Shown here: one piece after another, positions 29,907 to 32,000 of the stretch
How the letters are laid out: every line of letters begins with the position of its first letter
How positions within the stretch are numbered: position 1 is the first letter of the stretch
DNA from: Candidatus Saccharimonadota bacterium
GTDB taxonomy: Archaea; Nanohalarchaeota; Nanosalinia; Nanosalinales; Nanosalinaceae
Reading direction: 5' to 3'
NCBI RefSeq assembly: GCF_029232205.1
Contig: NZ_CP107255.1
Span: 360,001-392,000, forward strand
Length of the DNA stretch: 32,000 nucleotides
Notes under the pieces: model-generated
Told to the model about the DNA's origin: nothing
The model's input: the letters and a program-made list of their open reading frames with translations, nothing else
Databases searched by the model: none
Program-made: the position numbers and the translations under genes

Positions 29907-30662
29907 CTAACGATTTTCTCTTATTCTATCTTCTATAAAACTTCCACTGTACCAGTCGGAAGGTTTTAGGGCCTCGCTCCTGTCATCTTTTGCTGGTTGA
30001 TATGCTTTGGACCAGTTCCAGTAGCTTGCTCTTCTGTCTCCTGTGTCAAACTTCACGCTTTCAAGTGCTCTATCGGCAGGAATAACTGCTTCTCCTACTA
30101 TGAATGTTTCTGCAATTTTACCTTTTTTCTTTTTCACTATATCTCTTATAGGTGCGTCTACCGCCTCCTTGACTTGTTCTGGATAAGATTCTCTTGGCTG
30201 ATGGACAATTGCATGTAGCAGGCCTTCCTTTAGATTGTTTCCATTCATTTCGTAGTCAAGAGTATTTTCGTTGTAGCTCCCGCCTGCAAGCCTTGCCATG
30301 GCAGGCCCTTTCATGTATATACCTCCATCGGAAATATAGTTACCTCTGCTTGCTACACGGATAGCGCATTTAGATTGAACTGGTATTCCTTCAAAAACTC
30401 CATCAGTTACCACGAGATCAACTTCACCATCATCTACTATTTCCATGTTGTAGGTATCCTGAAGATATTCTTCTCCCATTCTTCCTATGGCCTCGGTATG
30501 CGGGGAAAAATCCATTCTATCAGAGACATCATTCTCTCTTTCTAGCTGTGTGTGGCCGGGATGCCATGTTCTGGAGCTACCTCCTAGCGCCTCAAAAATA
30601 TCGTTAAATGTGAGGTTGTCTGCCTCTTCAGTTCTAAAGGATTTTTCTCTCACTTGGCTCAT
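29907..30662 (-). CDS. Hypothetical protein; possible PD-(D/E)xK nuclease-like core
   Basis: 251-aa ORF with a TATA-like CTTAATCTTTA about 28 nt upstream. GRMGEEYL ... VDLVV ... IPVQSK gives an E / D / QxK spacing like restriction-endonuclease-fold proteins. Pattern match by eye only. Confidence 0.55.
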   Translation of the reverse strand: MSQVREKSFRTEEADNLTFNDIFEALGGSSRTWHPGHTQLERENDVSDRMDFSPHTEAIGRMGEEYLQDTYNMEIVDDGEVDLVVTDGVFEGIPVQSKCAIRVASRGNYISDGGIYMKGPAMARLAGGSYNENTLDYEMNGNNLKEGLLHAIVHQPRESYPEQVKEAVDAPIRDIVKKKKGKIAETFIVGEAVIPADRALESVKFDTGDRRASYWNWSKAYQPAKDDRSEALKPSDWYSGSFIEDRIRENR

Positions 30663-30706
30663 TAAGACAGTTCTTTGGACCTAAAGATTAAGTTTCCGAA
30701 CATAGA

Positions 30707-31156
30707 TTAGTAAATTTTCTCTTTTTCCAGGTACTCCTGCAAGTACATCATTGGAACTATATCGTAGCCTGCATCGCTGTGCCAGTCCATGTTGAGAAAT
30801 TCTTCCCCGGTTACCCATTTGAACTCGCTGTGATGGCCTTTCTCTTTGATTTCAGGTTCGCCCTCGTATTCTTTGAAGTGGACGATGTAGCAGGATACAA
30901 GGTGGTCGGATTCTACCTCTATCCTGACAACGTCTTCACCATCTGAAACATCAAGGCCTGTCTCCTCCCTGAGCTCTCTTTTAGCTGCCTCAAATCGGTC
31001 TTCTCCAACCTTTACACGGCCTCCAGGCAGCTCCCATTTCCCAGCTGTATCTTTATCTCTATCTTCGGATTCTCTGACCGCCAAGAATTTTCCTTCCTCG
31101 TTCTGGATCAGGGCCTTGCTGACCACTATTTTCTGGCCTGAAATATCATCTGTCAT
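30707..31156 (-). CDS. NUDIX hydrolase
   Basis: Complete Nudix box: GGRVKVGEDRFEAAKRELREETGL (Gx5Ex7REUxEExGU). Confidence 0.9.
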   Translation of the reverse strand: MTDDISGQKIVVSKALIQNEEGKFLAVRESEDRDKDTAGKWELPGGRVKVGEDRFEAAKRELREETGLDVSDGEDVVRIEVESDHLVSCYIVHFKEYEGEPEIKEKGHHSEFKWVTGEEFLNMDWHSDAGYDIVPMMYLQEYLEKEKIY

Positions 31157-32000
31157 AGATCGTATTCCACACCTGTAAGTTCCTCTGAAAGATTCCAGAG
31201 ATCTTCTGCAAGCTCTTCATCTAAGGCCTTTTCTGAAGGATTTTGAACTTCTGGATATCCTCTGATAGATCTGAATCCTCCAGGCCCTACATATTCACCT
31301 CCTTCAATTTCTTCTGAGGTAGCTGCGTACAGCATTGGAAGACAGGCACTTTTTGGAGAATGTCCGAATACTTTGAGGCCTAGACTCATTAGCTTACTTA
31401 CTATAACGTTGTGCTGGCTTTCATCAGCGTTGAAAAGATTAGTTTTAGAGACTCCAGGATGGGAGACGACCGAGGTTATGTCAGTATTGTTTTCATCAAG
31501 TTTTCTGTCAAGCTCTTTTCCGAAAAGCACGTTGGCCAGCTTTGAATCCGAATAGGCCTGCCATCTATCGTATTCCTCTTCATGGTTTATGTCTTCAAGA
31601 TCTATGTCGCCGCTGGTATGTGCTATACTGCTCTGGGTCACTATTCTGGCCTCTCCATCACTTGCTTCCAGTTTTTCAAGTATCTGTCCTGTTAGTGCAA
31701 AGTGGCCGAAGTGGTTGACTCCTATCTGGTATTCTAGGCTGTCTTCAGTCTCTCTTCTTGGGATAGCCATTATTCCTGCGTTGTTGAACAGCATATCAAT
31801 TTTTTCGTATTCAGAGTTTACTTCTTCAGCAAATTCTTTTACAGAGTTGAGTGAGGCCAGGTCTACCTGCTTTACTTCGAGATCTGCGTTCTCTACTTCT
31901 TTCTCTATTTCTTCCTGTGCATCGAGGCCTTTTTCTCTTATTCTGCAGGCCATTATTACTTTTGCGTTGTGTTCTACCAGTTTTTTGGTGGCTTCGAATC
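31153..32000 (-). CDS. Short-chain dehydrogenase/reductase (SDR), 5' end beyond the window
   Basis: The frame stays open upstream of ATG 31953 to the window edge (..FEATKKLVEHNAKVIMACR..). NNAGI, the catalytic YSDSK (YxxxK) and an upstream Ser are present. Its stop overlaps the NUDIX start (4 nt). Confidence 0.85.
   Translation of the reverse strand, partial: FEATKKLVEHNAKVIMACRIREKGLDAQEEIEKEVENADLEVKQVDLASLNSVKEFAEEVNSEYEKIDMLFNNAGIMAIPRRETEDSLEYQIGVNHFGHFALTGQILEKLEASDGEARIVTQSSIAHTSGDIDLEDINHEEEYDRWQAYSDSKLANVLFGKELDRKLDENNTDITSVVSHPGVSKTNLFNADESQHNVIVSKLMSLGLKVFGHSPKSACLPMLYAATSEEIEGGEYVGPGGFRSIRGYPEVQNPSEKALDEELAEDLWNLSEELTGVEYDL

Noticed and set aside
1-32000. Search for tRNA/rRNA genes, CRISPR arrays, IS elements, integrases and prophage remnants
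   Set aside because: Every spacer of 60 bp or more was read by eye. None has T-loop (GTTCRANYC) or cloverleaf features or regularly spaced direct repeats. No ORF shows transposase, integrase or Cas motifs. A tRNAscan, Infernal or CRISPR-finder run would be the decisive check.

Overview
This is a gene-dense archaeal chromosomal segment. My CDS calls leave about 1.4 kb of the 32 kb uncovered, and many neighbouring genes overlap by 1-4 nt. The archaeal assignment rests on aRF1, ribosomal protein eS17, AlaX, a DUF211/TIGR00267 gene pair, a eukaryote/archaeal-type MetRS, TATA boxes about 27 nt upstream of start codons, and GGTGA(T) Shine-Dalgarno sites. Nearly all proteins are strongly acidic, while the DNA looks only moderately GC-rich (mid-40s % by eye, not computed). 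Together with the compactness, this suggests a salt-in halophile with a small genome, such as a nanohaloarchaeon (DPANN); this is inference only. Housekeeping genes: Lhr-type helicase (partial), NYN-domain protein, TatD-like hydrolase, dCTP deaminase, DedA, aRF1, ValRS, metallophosphoesterase, MBL-fold hydrolase, GH13 alpha-amylase, MetRS, HAM1/RdgB NTP pyrophosphatase, HAD-IIA hydrolase, eS17, DUF211 + TIGR00267, AlaX, NUDIX and SDR (partial). Accessory content: (i) two translationally coupled Bat-like vWA membrane proteins followed by a Q/N/S/G/P-rich disordered protein; (ii) a secreted HExxH-x18-E metallopeptidase; (iii) a four-gene cluster of hyper-acidic orphan proteins; (iv) the main candidate, a tandem pair of large paralogous secreted surface proteins (903 and 785 aa) built from vWA, CARDB-like and beta-rich repeat regions with a PGF-CTERM-like VPGL tail. 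The first paralog also carries what reads as a circularly permuted C-type lectin domain, and the pair shares short, nearly identical nucleotide tracts. Other sequence-level oddities: a roughly 4-fold excess of GGCC (especially AGGCCT); four convergent gene pairs sharing palindromic TTAA/CTAG stop-stop overlaps; a MetRS whose catalytic HLGN motif lies upstream of the first canonical start codon; and single palindromic TATA elements centred between divergent genes. I found no rRNA, tRNA, CRISPR array, transposase or integrase.
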